From positions 832,001 to 896,000 of the forward strand of contig CAVWUU010000004.1 of the NCBI GenBank assembly GCA_963758295.1: a DNA stretch of 64,000 nt, in the 5' to 3' direction. Shown here piece by piece: positions 48,200 through 60,100 of this stretch. The first letter of the stretch is position 1. The number at the start of each line of letters is the position of its first letter. Under the pieces are notes generated by a model. The model ran no database searches. It saw nothing but the letters and a program-made list of their open reading frames with translations, and was not told where the DNA came from. The translations under genes and the position numbers were made by a program. The DNA comes from Candidatus Eremiobacteria bacterium. Its GTDB lineage: Bacteria; Vulcanimicrobiota; Vulcanimicrobiia; Vulcanimicrobiales; Vulcanimicrobiaceae.

Positions 48200-49377
48200 G
48201 CGCGACGCTTCACGCGTCAGCGGAGTTCGACGGCGAAATCGATCTAGCGAAGCTACGCGCGCGCACAAGCGAAAAGTGGCGGCGTTATCCCGAAAGCGTG
48301 TTGCCGCTTTTTGTAGCGGAGACGGATTTTCCGGTTGCGCCCAACGTTGCTCGCACATTGCACGAAGCCGTCGACCGCGGGGACTTGGGATACGCGATCG
48401 AGCAAAGAACCGTAGGCGAAGCCTATGCCCGATTCGCGATCGACCGTTACGGTTTGGCGATCGATCCGGCAAACGTGCTTGTCGTTCCTGAAGTGATGAT
48501 CGGCGTCGCGGAAATTCTGCGGACGATTGCGTCCAGCGATGAAGCAATCGTCATTAACCCGCCCGTTTACCGGCCGTTTTTCTTGACGATACGCGAAGTC
48601 CATCGCCCGATCGTCGAGGCTCCGCTCACAACAAGCGGCGGCCGGTACGAGCTGGATTTCCCCGCGCTCGAAGCAGCGTTTCAGGGCGGGGCGCGCGTTC
48701 TTCTTTTTTGCAATCCGCACAATCCCGTCGGACGCGTCTATTCTGCCGAGGACGTGGAACGTGTCGCAACGCTTGCAGAGCAATACGGCGTTGCCGTGCT
48801 CGCCGATGAGATACATGCGCCGCTCGTTCTGCCCGGCGTAAAGCACACGCCGTTCGAAAGCGTAGTGGAACGCACCGGCGTAAAAGCTATCACCCTAACG
48901 TCCGCATCCAAAGGCTGGAACATCGCGGGACTGAAGTGCGCGCTCGCGATTACGTCGAGTGAGTGGGGTCGTTCGGTGTTCGCGCGTCTTCCGCGCGAGA
49001 TCACCGAACGCAGCGGCATTCTTGGCACCGTCGCGACAATCGCCGCATTTCGCGACGACGTCGCGTATCTGGATCGCGTGCTTGCGCATCTCGACCGCCA
49101 ACGCGTTGCATTGCGCGAACTGCTCGATGCCAACGGTTTCGAATCCGTCGGTTACACACCGCCCGAAGCAAGCTTCCTCGCGTGGCTCGATTGCCGCCCG
49201 CTCGAGCTTGGGAACGATCCCGCCGCCGTATTCCTCAAAAAAGGACGCGTTGCTCTAAATCCCGGACGCCATTTCGGCAAGGAAGGCAACGGCTTCGTCC
49301 GCGTCAACTTCGCTACTTCCACTCCCATCCTCGAAGACGCCGTCGCGCGAATGCGCTCCGCGCTCCTATCGTGTTGA
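48196..49377 (+). CDS. MalY/PatB-type PLP C-S lyase
   Basis: SEKW, VAETDF, CNPHNPVG, DEIH, SASKGWNIAGL. Confidence 0.9.
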   Translation: MSATLHASAEFDGEIDLAKLRARTSEKWRRYPESVLPLFVAETDFPVAPNVARTLHEAVDRGDLGYAIEQRTVGEAYARFAIDRYGLAIDPANVLVVPEVMIGVAEILRTIASSDEAIVINPPVYRPFFLTIREVHRPIVEAPLTTSGGRYELDFPALEAAFQGGARVLLFCNPHNPVGRVYSAEDVERVATLAEQYGVAVLADEIHAPLVLPGVKHTPFESVVERTGVKAITLTSASKGWNIAGLKCALAITSSEWGRSVFARLPREITERSGILGTVATIAAFRDDVAYLDRVLAHLDRQRVALRELLDANGFESVGYTPPEASFLAWLDCRPLELGNDPAAVFLKKGRVALNPGRHFGKEGNGFVRVNFATSTPILEDAVARMRSALLSC

Positions 49378-49410
49378 CCCGCGCGTCATCGCGCGCTTGT
49401 CGAACGAACA

Positions 49411-49446
49411 AAAAGCCCCGAGAGTGAATCTCGAGGCTTTCGTTTT
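49411..49446. terminator. Terminator between convergent patB-like gene and clpC
   Basis: aaagccccgaga-gtgaa-tctcgaggcttt flanked by A and T tracts. Confidence 0.75.
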
Positions 49447-49460
49447 GGCGGTGCGCGCTC

Positions 49461-51962
<2,502 letters not shown>

Positions 51963-52078
51963 GGTCTGCTTGTTTCCTCCGGTACTACTCGCGGTGCGAG
52001 CAGTGTCTGTCTATAAACTCTACCCGTCGAACTCCGGTTTCGTGACGCTTCTTATTGCGAGTTTTCGGCTTTTACCGA

Positions 52079-52534
52079 TTAGAAAGTGAAGCGGAGTCCG
52101 AGGAACCCGGCCGTCGTCCCGTTCGTTCGCGTTCCTTTATAGGCTCGCAACTCGACGGTCGTGTAGGCTGCTACGGGTTTGCCCACAAAAATCGTTAGCA
52201 CCGGGCCGTTTTCGCGATCGGACGATAACGTACCGATTCCCAGCCCGCCGCCCACGTATGCGCCGCCGAAGCCGCCGCCCGAGAGGCCCCGAACCTCCGC
52301 GGTAACTGCGTACCCTCCTTGCTTGGTAACCGGAACGAGTACTGTGCCCTGTATTTCTATAGGAAGACTGGGCACCGAGGCGGCCGAGCTCAGGAGCACC
52401 GCGCCGCCGGCTTGCGACGGACTGCTGGTGACGAAACCGCCGCCTGCGACGGAAAGCTCTGCGGCCGTGGATCGGATCGAGGAAGCGAGCACGCATGCCA
52501 GCATCAGCAATCCGGGGCAGAGCCATCTCTTCAT
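52079..52534 (-). CDS. Exported Gly-rich protein, possible small outer-membrane beta-barrel
   Basis: Signal peptide, alternating beta pattern (YVGGGLG), C-terminal LGLRFTF. Confidence 0.65.
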   Translation of the reverse strand: MKRWLCPGLLMLACVLASSIRSTAAELSVAGGGFVTSSPSQAGGAVLLSSAASVPSLPIEIQGTVLVPVTKQGGYAVTAEVRGLSGGGFGGAYVGGGLGIGTLSSDRENGPVLTIFVGKPVAAYTTVELRAYKGTRTNGTTAGFLGLRFTF

Positions 52535-52711
52535 GCGGTTTGAGGGTACGTCGAACAACTGACGTACGCCTCGCTCGTATTAAAGAAAGCGGTGGATAAT
52601 GTTTTGTGAGGTCCACCTAAAGACACTGGGCGCTCCGGCGTGGTTGCAGAGCGCACCGCGCTTGCCACCCTAGTGGAACGCAGAACCGGCCGCGCGGGTT
52701 AGAATACCCGT

Positions 52712-53023
52712 ATGCCAACCTCCGAACAAGTTCGCGAAGCCCTCACCGAAGTCAAAGACCCCGAGCTGAATCTGGGAATCCTAGAGCTCGGTCTCGTCTA
52801 CGACGTCGTCGCCGAAGGGGAATCCGGCGAACACGTTACTGTCACCATGACGCTCACGTCGCCGATGTGCCCCGTCGGGCCAATGTTCAAGAAATCGGTC
52901 GAGGATCACGTGCTTGCGATCGACGGCGTCAAAACCGCGAACGTCGAGATCACCTTCACCCCGCCATGGGATCCGCGCACCATGGCTTCTGAGGACGTGA
53001 AAGCCGCCCTCGGCATTTGGTAA
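52712..53023 (+). CDS. Metal-sulfur cluster assembly factor (DUF59/SufT/PaaD-like)
   Basis: DPEL..LGLVY, TLTSPMCP, PPW. Confidence 0.93.
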   Translation: MPTSEQVREALTEVKDPELNLGILELGLVYDVVAEGESGEHVTVTMTLTSPMCPVGPMFKKSVEDHVLAIDGVKTANVEITFTPPWDPRTMASEDVKAALGIW

Positions 53024-53027
53024 TCCG

Positions 53028-53528
53028 CTAACGGTGAAGTTTATCGGCGTCCACGATCGCTAACGACGCCGTGCCGTGAGCGATTAAGCGGCCCTTTTCG
53101 TCGTGAAGCCGTCCTTCGGCCGTGCCAACCGTCGTGCCGATATGGACGGCAACGCCGTCGGCAACGAGCTTCACGCCGTTTGGAAAGAGCGGCCTCACGA
53201 AATGGACGTTCAAATCGAGCGTCGTGCAGAGTTTCTGCGCGGGAAGTTTCGACATCACGGCGAGCGTTACGACCGAATCGAGCAACGTCGCCGCTAACCC
53301 GCCATGGATAATGCCGGCGGGATTGCACATCCACGGCGCCGCGGTTGCCGCAAACGTGATACGTCCCGGTTCGACGCTTTGCATCGCTAAACCGAGCGTC
53401 TGGGCGAACGGGGGCGCCGAGATTTCGCCGGCAAGCATTGCACGCATCCAATCGAGATGCTCGCGCCCGAGCACGCCGCGCACAACGTCGGTGGGATCGC
53501 TCCATTCATAGACGCGCGTGTTGCTCAT
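53028..53528 (-). CDS. PaaI family thioesterase
   Basis: NPAGIIHGG..TLLD hotdog motif. Confidence 0.9.
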   Translation of the reverse strand: MSNTRVYEWSDPTDVVRGVLGREHLDWMRAMLAGEISAPPFAQTLGLAMQSVEPGRITFAATAAPWMCNPAGIIHGGLAATLLDSVVTLAVMSKLPAQKLCTTLDLNVHFVRPLFPNGVKLVADGVAVHIGTTVGTAEGRLHDEKGRLIAHGTASLAIVDADKLHR

Positions 53529-54118
53529 CAGCGGCGCTCCAGGGAAACGAGCCATTCACGCAGGGTAGCGGTAGCGCGCCGCGCATTCGTTCGGCTGCGC
53601 AAACCGCGAGCCAAGATCAGCGCGCCTTCCAGCGTCGCCATAATGAAGTCCGCGACAGCATTTGGATCGACGCTGTCCCGAAACTGCCCTTTCTCCGATG
53701 CTTGCACGGCGTTGCGATGGAGCGCGCCGCGCATTTCCGCAAACGCCGCTTTCACGCGATCGCGCAGAAACGGCAACGCGTCATCGGCTTCGAACGCAGA
53801 ATTCGCGAGCGGGCATCCGCCGTCGACTACCGGGCATTCCACGTAACGCGCGAATGCGTCGACATACTCCAGAAGATATGGCGCACCGGGGTCGACGCCG
53901 GCGAGAGCTTCGGCAAAATACGCTTTCACCCGCGCGAAGGCATAGTCGAACGCAGCAATGGCAAGCTCTTCCTTGCTCGAAAAATGGTTGTATAGCCCGC
54001 CCTTTTCCAAATGGGTCGCCACGAGAATGTCGTTGATGGAGGTTCCGGCGAAGCCGTTGCGATTGAAGATCGGCGCGGCCGAAGCAAGGATCGACTCACG
54101 ACGGTGCGAAGCTTTCAC
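53528..54118 (-). CDS. TetR/AcrR family regulator
   Basis: GTSINDIL..KGGLYNHFSSKEEL, GGCP. Confidence 0.92.
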   Translation of the reverse strand: MKASHRRESILASAAPIFNRNGFAGTSINDILVATHLEKGGLYNHFSSKEELAIAAFDYAFARVKAYFAEALAGVDPGAPYLLEYVDAFARYVECPVVDGGCPLANSAFEADDALPFLRDRVKAAFAEMRGALHRNAVQASEKGQFRDSVDPNAVADFIMATLEGALILARGLRSRTNARRATATLREWLVSLERR

Positions 54119-54121
54119 GAA

Positions 54122-54135
54122 ACCGACCGTTCGGT
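54122..54135. promoter_or_regulatory. TetR operator candidate
   Basis: Imperfect palindrome accgaccgttcggt just upstream of the tetR start, between divergent genes. Confidence 0.6.
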
Positions 54136-54171
54136 CTGTGAGGAAGACAATCCTTGAACTCACCAGGACAA

Positions 54172-55707
54172 ATGCCACCGCAAGACAGTGTCGTCGAATA
54201 CGGGCTCAGGCGATGGCTTATAGTCATCGGCGTCATGTCTGCGACGCTGCTTCAAGTGCTCGACGCGACGATCGTCAACGTCGCGCTTCCCACGATTCAG
54301 GGCAACTTGGGCGCGAATTTCGACCAAGGCGCGTGGATCGTCACCGGTTACATCATCGCGGCCGTTATCGTCATTCCGCTCACGCCGTGGCTGCAGCTGC
54401 TGATCGGGCGGCGGAATTACTACGTGGCCGCAATTATCGGCTTTACGGTAACCTCCGCGCTTTGCGGATTCTCGACTTCACTCAGCGAGCTTGTCTTCTT
54501 CCGTATTCTCCAAGGTTTGTGCGGCGGCGGTCTCATTTCCACCGGTCAAGCGATCATGCGCGACACGTTTCCGGCGAAGCAGCTAGGATTGAGCCAAGCA
54601 TTGACGTCGATCGGTGCCGTGATCGGACCGTCCATCGGGCCGACGCTCGGCGGCGTGTTGACCGACGCACTCTCGTGGAACTGGGTCTTTTACATCAACA
54701 TCGTCCCGGGAATTCTCTCCGCGCTGCTTTGCTTTATGCTACTGCGCGATCCGCGTACGCGCGGCCGCGCGTCGCTCGACGGCGTCGGCTTAGCGCTCAT
54801 GGCTACCGGCCTCGGTTCGCTGCAATACGTGTTGGACGAAGGCGAACGCTACGATTGGTTCAACGACCAGAACATCGTAGCCACCGCGTTCTTAGCAGTC
54901 GCTTCACTCGCAACGTTTGTTTACTGGGAACTGAAAGTCGTCAAGATCCCGATCGTAGACATCCGGATTCTCTTACGAAACCGAACCGTTGCCGCCGGCT
55001 GTTTGCTGGCCATGACGCTTGCATTCGGGCTCTTCGGCGGCGTCATTCTGGCGCCGCAGTTCCAGCAAAGCCTTTTGAATTTCACCGCAACGCTTTCGGG
55101 CGAATCGATTCTCGTTCGCGCGATCGGCATTATGATTATGACGCCGGTAACGTTGATGCTGTTGAGCCGGTTCAAAGTCAAGCCGCAGGTGCTGCTAGGC
55201 ATAGGCTTCGTTATCGTGGCATTCGCCAACGTGAACACGGCGCAAGTCCTAACGACGCAAAGCGCCTTTGGCACGTTCGTTTTTCCGCTGTTCTTCGGCG
55301 GAATCGGCTTCGGCATGCTGTTTGTACCTCTTTCCGTCAGCGTATTGAGTTCGGTGCAAGGCATCGAGACGCAAAAGGCAACGTCGCTTTTGAGCCTTTT
55401 CCAGCAACTTGGCGGGTCAATCTCAACCGCAACGCTGGTCACGCTGCTCGATAGGCGAGGCGCGATTCATCAAGACGCGCTCGCCGCGAACGTGACTCTT
55501 GCACGCCCGGCAGTGCAGCACGTCATTCAAATGCACGGTTCATTCTCGAATGTGGCAGGCGCCGTCGCTCAACAAGCGAGTACTATGGCGTTTGCCGACG
55601 CATTTTACGTCTTGGGCATCGTTACGCTTGTGCTCACGCCACTTGTGCTTTTACTGCGCGCGCCGAAGGCGGCGGCATCGGCCGCCCACGCGGTTGCGAT
55701 GGAGTAA
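54172..55707 (+). CDS. DHA2/EmrB family MFS permease
   Basis: DATIVNVALPTIQGNLG, GPSIGPTLGG. Confidence 0.93.
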   Translation: MPPQDSVVEYGLRRWLIVIGVMSATLLQVLDATIVNVALPTIQGNLGANFDQGAWIVTGYIIAAVIVIPLTPWLQLLIGRRNYYVAAIIGFTVTSALCGFSTSLSELVFFRILQGLCGGGLISTGQAIMRDTFPAKQLGLSQALTSIGAVIGPSIGPTLGGVLTDALSWNWVFYINIVPGILSALLCFMLLRDPRTRGRASLDGVGLALMATGLGSLQYVLDEGERYDWFNDQNIVATAFLAVASLATFVYWELKVVKIPIVDIRILLRNRTVAAGCLLAMTLAFGLFGGVILAPQFQQSLLNFTATLSGESILVRAIGIMIMTPVTLMLLSRFKVKPQVLLGIGFVIVAFANVNTAQVLTTQSAFGTFVFPLFFGGIGFGMLFVPLSVSVLSSVQGIETQKATSLLSLFQQLGGSISTATLVTLLDRRGAIHQDALAANVTLARPAVQHVIQMHGSFSNVAGAVAQQASTMAFADAFYVLGIVTLVLTPLVLLLRAPKAAASAAHAVAME

Positions 55708-55710
55708 CAC

Positions 55711-55893
55711 ATGGGTAATAAAGAGGCCATGGAACGCAAAAATAACGACTCCGTAGAGCGTCTTTTTGAAGAAGACGATCAGGACAAGGCCGTAACGGCT
55801 GCTGACGACACCGGGATGGTTTCCGCCGAACGCGTCGCGGTTGAAGCGGAGATCGAGCGGGGGCTGGAAGGCGGCGACGAGCCGGGAGCCTAA
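55711..55893 (+). CDS. Small acidic hypothetical protein
   Basis: RBS GGAG before ATG. Fills the gap between two + strand genes. Confidence 0.55.
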   Translation: MGNKEAMERKNNDSVERLFEEDDQDKAVTAADDTGMVSAERVAVEAEIERGLEGGDEPGA

Positions 55894-55904
55894 CGGATGC
55901 GTTC

Positions 55905-57458
55905 GTGAGAACGCACCACGAAAAGTATCGAGAACTCGAACGCAAACGCGCGCTGGCCGACGCACCGGCCGGCGAAGCTGCCGTCGAAAAGCAACACGCT
56001 CGCGGCAAGCGCACCGCCCGCGAACGCATCGCCGCGCTGGTCGATCCGGATTCTTTTACCGAGCTCGACCAGTTCGTCGTTCACCGCGCCAATGCGTTCG
56101 GCTTAGACGAAAAAGAATTTCTCGGCGACGGCGTGGTCACCGGACGCGCTACAATCGACGGACGCCAAGTCTTTCTGTTCTCGCAGGACTTCACCGTGCT
56201 CGGCGGTTCGCTCGGCGAAGCGTTTGCCGAAAAGATCTGCAAGGTCATGGACCTCGCGGTTCGCACCGGCTCGCCGATGATCGGCATCAACGACTCCGGC
56301 GGCGCGCGCATCCAAGAAGGCGTGGTTTCGCTCGGCGGTTACGCGGAAATCTTCTGGCGCAACGTGCAAGCCAGCGGCGTGGTTCCACAGCTTAGTTTAA
56401 TCGCCGGACCGTGCGCCGGCGGCGCGGTTTACTCGCCGGCCATCACCGACTTTATTCTCATGACCGAAGAGATCTCGCAGATGTTCATCACCGGACCGGA
56501 GATCATTAAAACGGTTACCGGCGAAGATGTGACGTTCGAGCAGCTCGGCGGCGCCATGACGCACGCCACCAAGAGCGGCGTTGCCCATTTGGTTGCCTCC
56601 GACGAGGACGATCTCGTCGAGCAAACCAAGACGCTGTTCTCATACATCCCGCAAAATAACTTGGAAGAAACTCCGCGCTTCGCTTGCGACGACGATCCGC
56701 AGCGCCAAACTCCCGAACTGGACGAAGTCGTTCCCGACTCGCCGAACAAACCGTACGACATGCATCAGGTGATCGAAGGCGTGCTCGACTACGGCGACTT
56801 CTTTGAAATCCAGCCTCTCTACGCGCAGAACCTCATTTGCGGCTTCGGCCGCGTGAACGGCCGCAGCGTCGGCGTCGTCGCAAATCAGCCGAACGTGCTC
56901 GCCGGCGTGCTCGACATCAAATCCTCGATCAAGGCGGCGCGCTTCGTGCGCTTTTGCGACGCATTCAATATTCCGCTTGTGACGTTCGTAGACGTTCCCG
57001 GCTTTTTGCCCGGAACCGATCAGGAGTACGGCGGGATCATTCTGCACGGAGCAAAGCTGCTCTACGCCTTCGCGGAAGCAACCGTTCCGAAAATCACCGT
57101 GATCACGCGCAAAGCCTACGGCGGCGCCTATGACGTTATGGCGTCCAAACACATTCGCGCCGACGTAAACCTCGCGTGGCCCACCGCCGAAATTGCCGTA
57201 ATGGGTGCCGAAGGCGCCGTCAAGGTCATCCAACGCCGTGAACTCGCCGCGGCAAAAGACAGCGAAGCGAAGATGAAAGAACTCATCGACGAGTACACGG
57301 AGCGTTTTGCAAATCCGTACATCGCCGCCCAATACGGCTACGTCGACGACGTCATCGAAGCGCACCGCACTCGAGGCGCCATTGCAACCGCGCTCGAGAT
57401 GCTCGAGAACAAACGCGTAGAGCGCCCGAAGCGCAAACACGGCAACATTCCGCTGTAA
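55905..57458 (+). CDS. Acyl-CoA carboxylase carboxyltransferase (beta) subunit, PccB/AccD-like
   Basis: [34 protein letters not shown]. Confidence 0.95.
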   Translation: MRTHHEKYRELERKRALADAPAGEAAVEKQHARGKRTARERIAALVDPDSFTELDQFVVHRANAFGLDEKEFLGDGVVTGRATIDGRQVFLFSQDFTVLGGSLGEAFAEKICKVMDLAVRTGSPMIGINDSGGARIQEGVVSLGGYAEIFWRNVQASGVVPQLSLIAGPCAGGAVYSPAITDFILMTEEISQMFITGPEIIKTVTGEDVTFEQLGGAMTHATKSGVAHLVASDEDDLVEQTKTLFSYIPQNNLEETPRFACDDDPQRQTPELDEVVPDSPNKPYDMHQVIEGVLDYGDFFEIQPLYAQNLICGFGRVNGRSVGVVANQPNVLAGVLDIKSSIKAARFVRFCDAFNIPLVTFVDVPGFLPGTDQEYGGIILHGAKLLYAFAEATVPKITVITRKAYGGAYDVMASKHIRADVNLAWPTAEIAVMGAEGAVKVIQRRELAAAKDSEAKMKELIDEYTERFANPYIAAQYGYVDDVIEAHRTRGAIATALEMLENKRVERPKRKHGNIPL

Positions 57459-57467
57459 GGAGGACCG

Positions 57468-58178
57468 ATGACGACACGCAAGGACTTCCTCGCTGCCGGC
57501 GCTTTCGCCGCGGTGGCGCCGGTTGCAGTTGGCGCTGCGCCGCTACCGGCCGCTTCTCCGAAAGCTACACCGTCGCCCAAAAGCTTCGAAAAGTTAAACT
57601 TCGATCTCCAGGCGTTCAACGCGCTTCTTGACCGCGAAGCATCACACAAGCATCTATTCGCTTCGATAAATATCGACTCCGGCGAAGTCCTCTCGGCAAT
57701 GCGGAACACGGTAAAAGCCTACGGCGACATAGGCACTCCCCTCGCCGACGTGTTTCCCGTAGCCGTCCTTTATCACGGAGCCTCGATAGCCATCGGCTTT
57801 GACGACGCAATGTGGAATCAATACTTTCTTCCGCTCGCGCGCAAGTCAAAAAAGAGGCACTGGCCCGCCATAAAAGATTTTCAAGCCGCGATCGACCCAA
57901 AAACCAAGGGCAATCCATTCCTCAAAAAACAAGGCGGCGAGTGGGACTACTCAATTCCCTCTCTCATCGCCGACGCCGGCGCCCACTTCTTCGTCTGCAA
58001 CAATGCCGCCCACGGCTTCGCCGGCGTCATCGCCGATGAACTCGCACTGAAGGCGGACGACGTTTATCGGAATTTGAGCTTTCATCTAGTGGCAAATGCG
58101 ATGCTTGTACCAGCGGGCGTTTGGGCGGTGCATGCGGTTCAAGAGCATCGATTTTCTTTGTTGCAGACGTCGCTGTAG
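57468..58178 (+). CDS. Putative Tat-exported protein, DsrE-like
   Basis: TRKDFL signal, FFVCNNA, VPAGV..VQE. RBS AAGGAGG. Confidence 0.7.
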   Translation: MTTRKDFLAAGAFAAVAPVAVGAAPLPAASPKATPSPKSFEKLNFDLQAFNALLDREASHKHLFASINIDSGEVLSAMRNTVKAYGDIGTPLADVFPVAVLYHGASIAIGFDDAMWNQYFLPLARKSKKRHWPAIKDFQAAIDPKTKGNPFLKKQGGEWDYSIPSLIADAGAHFFVCNNAAHGFAGVIADELALKADDVYRNLSFHLVANAMLVPAGVWAVHAVQEHRFSLLQTSL

Positions 58179-58239
58179 TAAGTGAATGGCGCTGCTCCGG
58201 CACAGCGCCGACGGAGAGATTTGCAAGCATGAATGACTG

Positions 58240-58806
58240 GTGAGGAAAGTGGATGATCTGAAACTTCAGGCACCATCGCTGGAGCTTGCAACGTCTTTTG
58301 AAAACATGCGCGATGCATGTTTGACCAACGGAGAGAATGCGTGGACGGGACGAACGGCGCTTGCACTCACCGGCGTTCCGGAATTCATTGCGTTACTGAA
58401 CCGTCGCGCCGCAGGCGCAGACATCCCGGCAGGCTGGGTACCGGAAACCACTTTTTGGGTCGTTCGATCGAATACCGAAGTCGTCGGCGAGCTTGAACTC
58501 CGCCATCCGCTCAACGACTGGCTACGCCAAGTCGGCGGAAACATCGGCTACATGACTCATCCCGCTCGCCGCAGTCAGGGCATCGCAACCTTCGCTTTAC
58601 GTGCAGGCTTGCAAACCCTGAAACAATGGGGCCTTTCGCAGGCTCTAATCACTTGCCGCGACGACAACGTTGCTTCTATCCGAGTGATCGAAAAATGCGG
58701 CGGAATTCGCATGGAGGATGCAACTATCGCCGGGTCCACACGCCGGCGCTATCTCATCACTCTGCTTAGCCCGAACGACGCCGCCCCGCCTCCAACGCCG
58801 CAATAA
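58240..58806 (+). CDS. GNAT family N-acetyltransferase
   Basis: GWVPETTFW, GGNIGY, RSQGIAT, DNVASIRVIEKCGG. Confidence 0.88.
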   Translation: MRKVDDLKLQAPSLELATSFENMRDACLTNGENAWTGRTALALTGVPEFIALLNRRAAGADIPAGWVPETTFWVVRSNTEVVGELELRHPLNDWLRQVGGNIGYMTHPARRSQGIATFALRAGLQTLKQWGLSQALITCRDDNVASIRVIEKCGGIRMEDATIAGSTRRRYLITLLSPNDAAPPPTPQ

Positions 58807-59074
58807 ACGCCTCAGCCCGCTTAGTAGCGGAAAACTCCACAATCGTATACTCACTCACGCCCTCGCGGGCGAACGGATCGTCCTTCAGAATCTCGTCGAT
58901 CTGTGGACGCGGCATGTCGACCGTAACGATGACTCCGCCGTCGCGAGGTTCCATCGGGCCGGAGACGATGAAGTGTCCGGCGGCGTACTGGCGGTCCAGA
59001 AATTCCCGGTGCTCCGGAAGCCAGCGGTCGACCTCATCGAGGGGCTTTACGTAGCGTGATAGGAGCAGAAACAT
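58766..59074 (-). CDS. YciI family protein
   Basis: EHREFL, SGPMEPRDGGVI, DPF. Confidence 0.88.
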   Translation of the reverse strand: MFLLLSRYVKPLDEVDRWLPEHREFLDRQYAAGHFIVSGPMEPRDGGVIVTVDMPRPQIDEILKDDPFAREGVSEYTIVEFSATKRAEAFIAALEAGRRRSG

Positions 59075-59129
59075 GGCTGCGCGGTTCGTAGAAAAGGACG
59101 CCGCCCCTTGCGCTTGTATCTATGGAACC

Positions 59130-59915
59130 GTGAAACTGCTTGAAGGAAAGCGCGCGCTCGTTACGGGCGTTGCCAATCGCTGGTCGATTGCCACCGGGAT
59201 CGCAAAGAAGCTGCACGAGCATGGCGCTCGAGTTGCCCTGACGTATCAGGGCGAACGCGTCAAGGATGAAGTAGAAAAACTTGCGGCGGAGTTGGGTGGC
59301 GGTCCCGTTATCGAGTGCGATGTTTCCAACGACGAGTCTCTTGCGGCGGCCGCTAAAGCCCTACAGCCTTTCGGAAACTTGGACGTACTCGTTCACTCGA
59401 TCGCTTTTGTGAAGAAGGAAGATCTTTCGGGAACCGTTTACGAGACTTCTCGCGACGGATTCAATATGGCGCTCGATATCTCGTCGTACTCGCTCATCGG
59501 TCTCGTGAAGCACCTTGACAAGCAGTTGAACGATGGCAGTTCTATCATGGCTCTGTCGTATCTTGGCGGAACGGCGATCGTGCCGAACTATAACATCGCC
59601 GGCATTGCGAAGGCAGCGCTGGAGTCGATCGTCCGTTACCTCGCGTACGATTTGGGTGCACGCGGCATTCGCGTGAACGCGATTTCCGCCGGGCCGATCA
59701 AGACCGCGAGCTCGCGGCAGGTCGGCGGCTTTTCGAAGATTCTCGACGTCGTGCCGAAAGTGGCGCCGCTCAAACGGAACATCACGGCGGAAGATGTCGG
59801 TAACACGGCCGTCTATCTCGCGTCGGATCTCGCGAAATCGATTACGGCCGACGTGCATTTCGTCGATGCGGGCTACCACGCGATGGGCATGTATCCGCCG
59901 GAATTCGGTTCGTGA
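59130..59915 (+). CDS. fabI: Enoyl-ACP reductase
   Basis: GVANRWSIA, HSIAF, PNYN..AKAALE, ISAGPIKT. Confidence 0.93.
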   Translation: MKLLEGKRALVTGVANRWSIATGIAKKLHEHGARVALTYQGERVKDEVEKLAAELGGGPVIECDVSNDESLAAAAKALQPFGNLDVLVHSIAFVKKEDLSGTVYETSRDGFNMALDISSYSLIGLVKHLDKQLNDGSSIMALSYLGGTAIVPNYNIAGIAKAALESIVRYLAYDLGARGIRVNAISAGPIKTASSRQVGGFSKILDVVPKVAPLKRNITAEDVGNTAVYLASDLAKSITADVHFVDAGYHAMGMYPPEFGS

Positions 59916-60100
59916 TTCAGATTCGCGGCGAGGCGACGCCGGAAGAGAGCGCGGCGATCGTTGCCGCGCTTTGCGCGCTGAGATCCTCCGCGGAAAAGCC
60001 GGCCGAACGCGCGCCTTCGCCTTGGAAATTCGCTGCGTTTCATCCCGAATTAGCTATCGATACGCTTCGTCACGCGCAAGGGAAACGAATTGTTTTCTAA
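59912..60100 (+). CDS. Acyl-CoA carboxylase epsilon subunit-like protein
   Basis: IRGEATPEESAAIVAAL..SPW. Overlaps both neighbours. Confidence 0.7.
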   Translation: MIQIRGEATPEESAAIVAALCALRSSAEKPAERAPSPWKFAAFHPELAIDTLRHAQGKRIVF

